From Podarcis gaigeae (lineage: Eukaryota): a DNA stretch of 64,000 nt. The stretch's first letter is position 1; every line of letters starts with the position of its first letter. A program made the translations under genes and the position numbers. The stretch is from the NCBI GenBank assembly GCA_964106915.2, contig OZ066915.1. One strand, written 5' to 3'. The notes beneath the pieces are model-generated. The model saw only the letters and a program-made list of their open reading frames with translations, was not told where the DNA came from and did no database searches. Below, one piece after another: positions 63,824 to 64,000 of this stretch.

Positions 63824-64000
63824 CTGCAGAACAGAAGGATATAGATATAAGTATAGGTATCTTTTGCAACTTTTAATGTCAGGTAACTCTGACTTTATTC
63901 GATAAAAAGTGGAGGGACAGAAAGTAACTCTACTAGCTATAGAAAACTACTGTGTAAACAGGAATTGCTGCAGCAAGGTCAAAGGGTGCCAAAAACTGAA

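Overview
Eukaryotic genomic DNA from a squamate reptile, most likely a lacertid lizard, judged from Sauria SINEs, Bov-B/RTE, CR1/L2 fragments, a tRNA-Lys/CR1 SINE and TA-flanked CAGTGGTACCTC MITEs. I reconstructed five spliced protein-coding genes by hand from splice sites and reading phase: the last two exons of an RNF11-like RING-H2 gene (+, 1727-3581); complete TRIR/C19orf43 (-, 9700-13449); complete GET3/ASNA1 (+, 14063-24837), sharing a bidirectional CpG-island promoter with TRIR; the complete BEST2 CDS (+, 43202-51543); and the 3' part of HOOK2 (-, 55033-63823). TRIR-GET3-BEST2-HOOK2 is the gene order known from human 19p13. Most ORFs in the supplied track are spurious or are exon read-throughs. 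I found no wholly new multi-gene system. The most notable items are: an RNF11 paralogue in a position where I know of none in mammals; a 6-nt HOOK2 microexon (Ala-Ile); a minimal hammerhead-ribozyme motif inside a TSD-flanked Penelope-like insertion; a GC-AG intron in GET3; a candidate unannotated exon downstream of TRIR; a mirror-image YY1/start-codon motif at the bidirectional promoter; and a three-level nested transposon. Comparisons to human proteins and repeat families are from memory, not from database searches.
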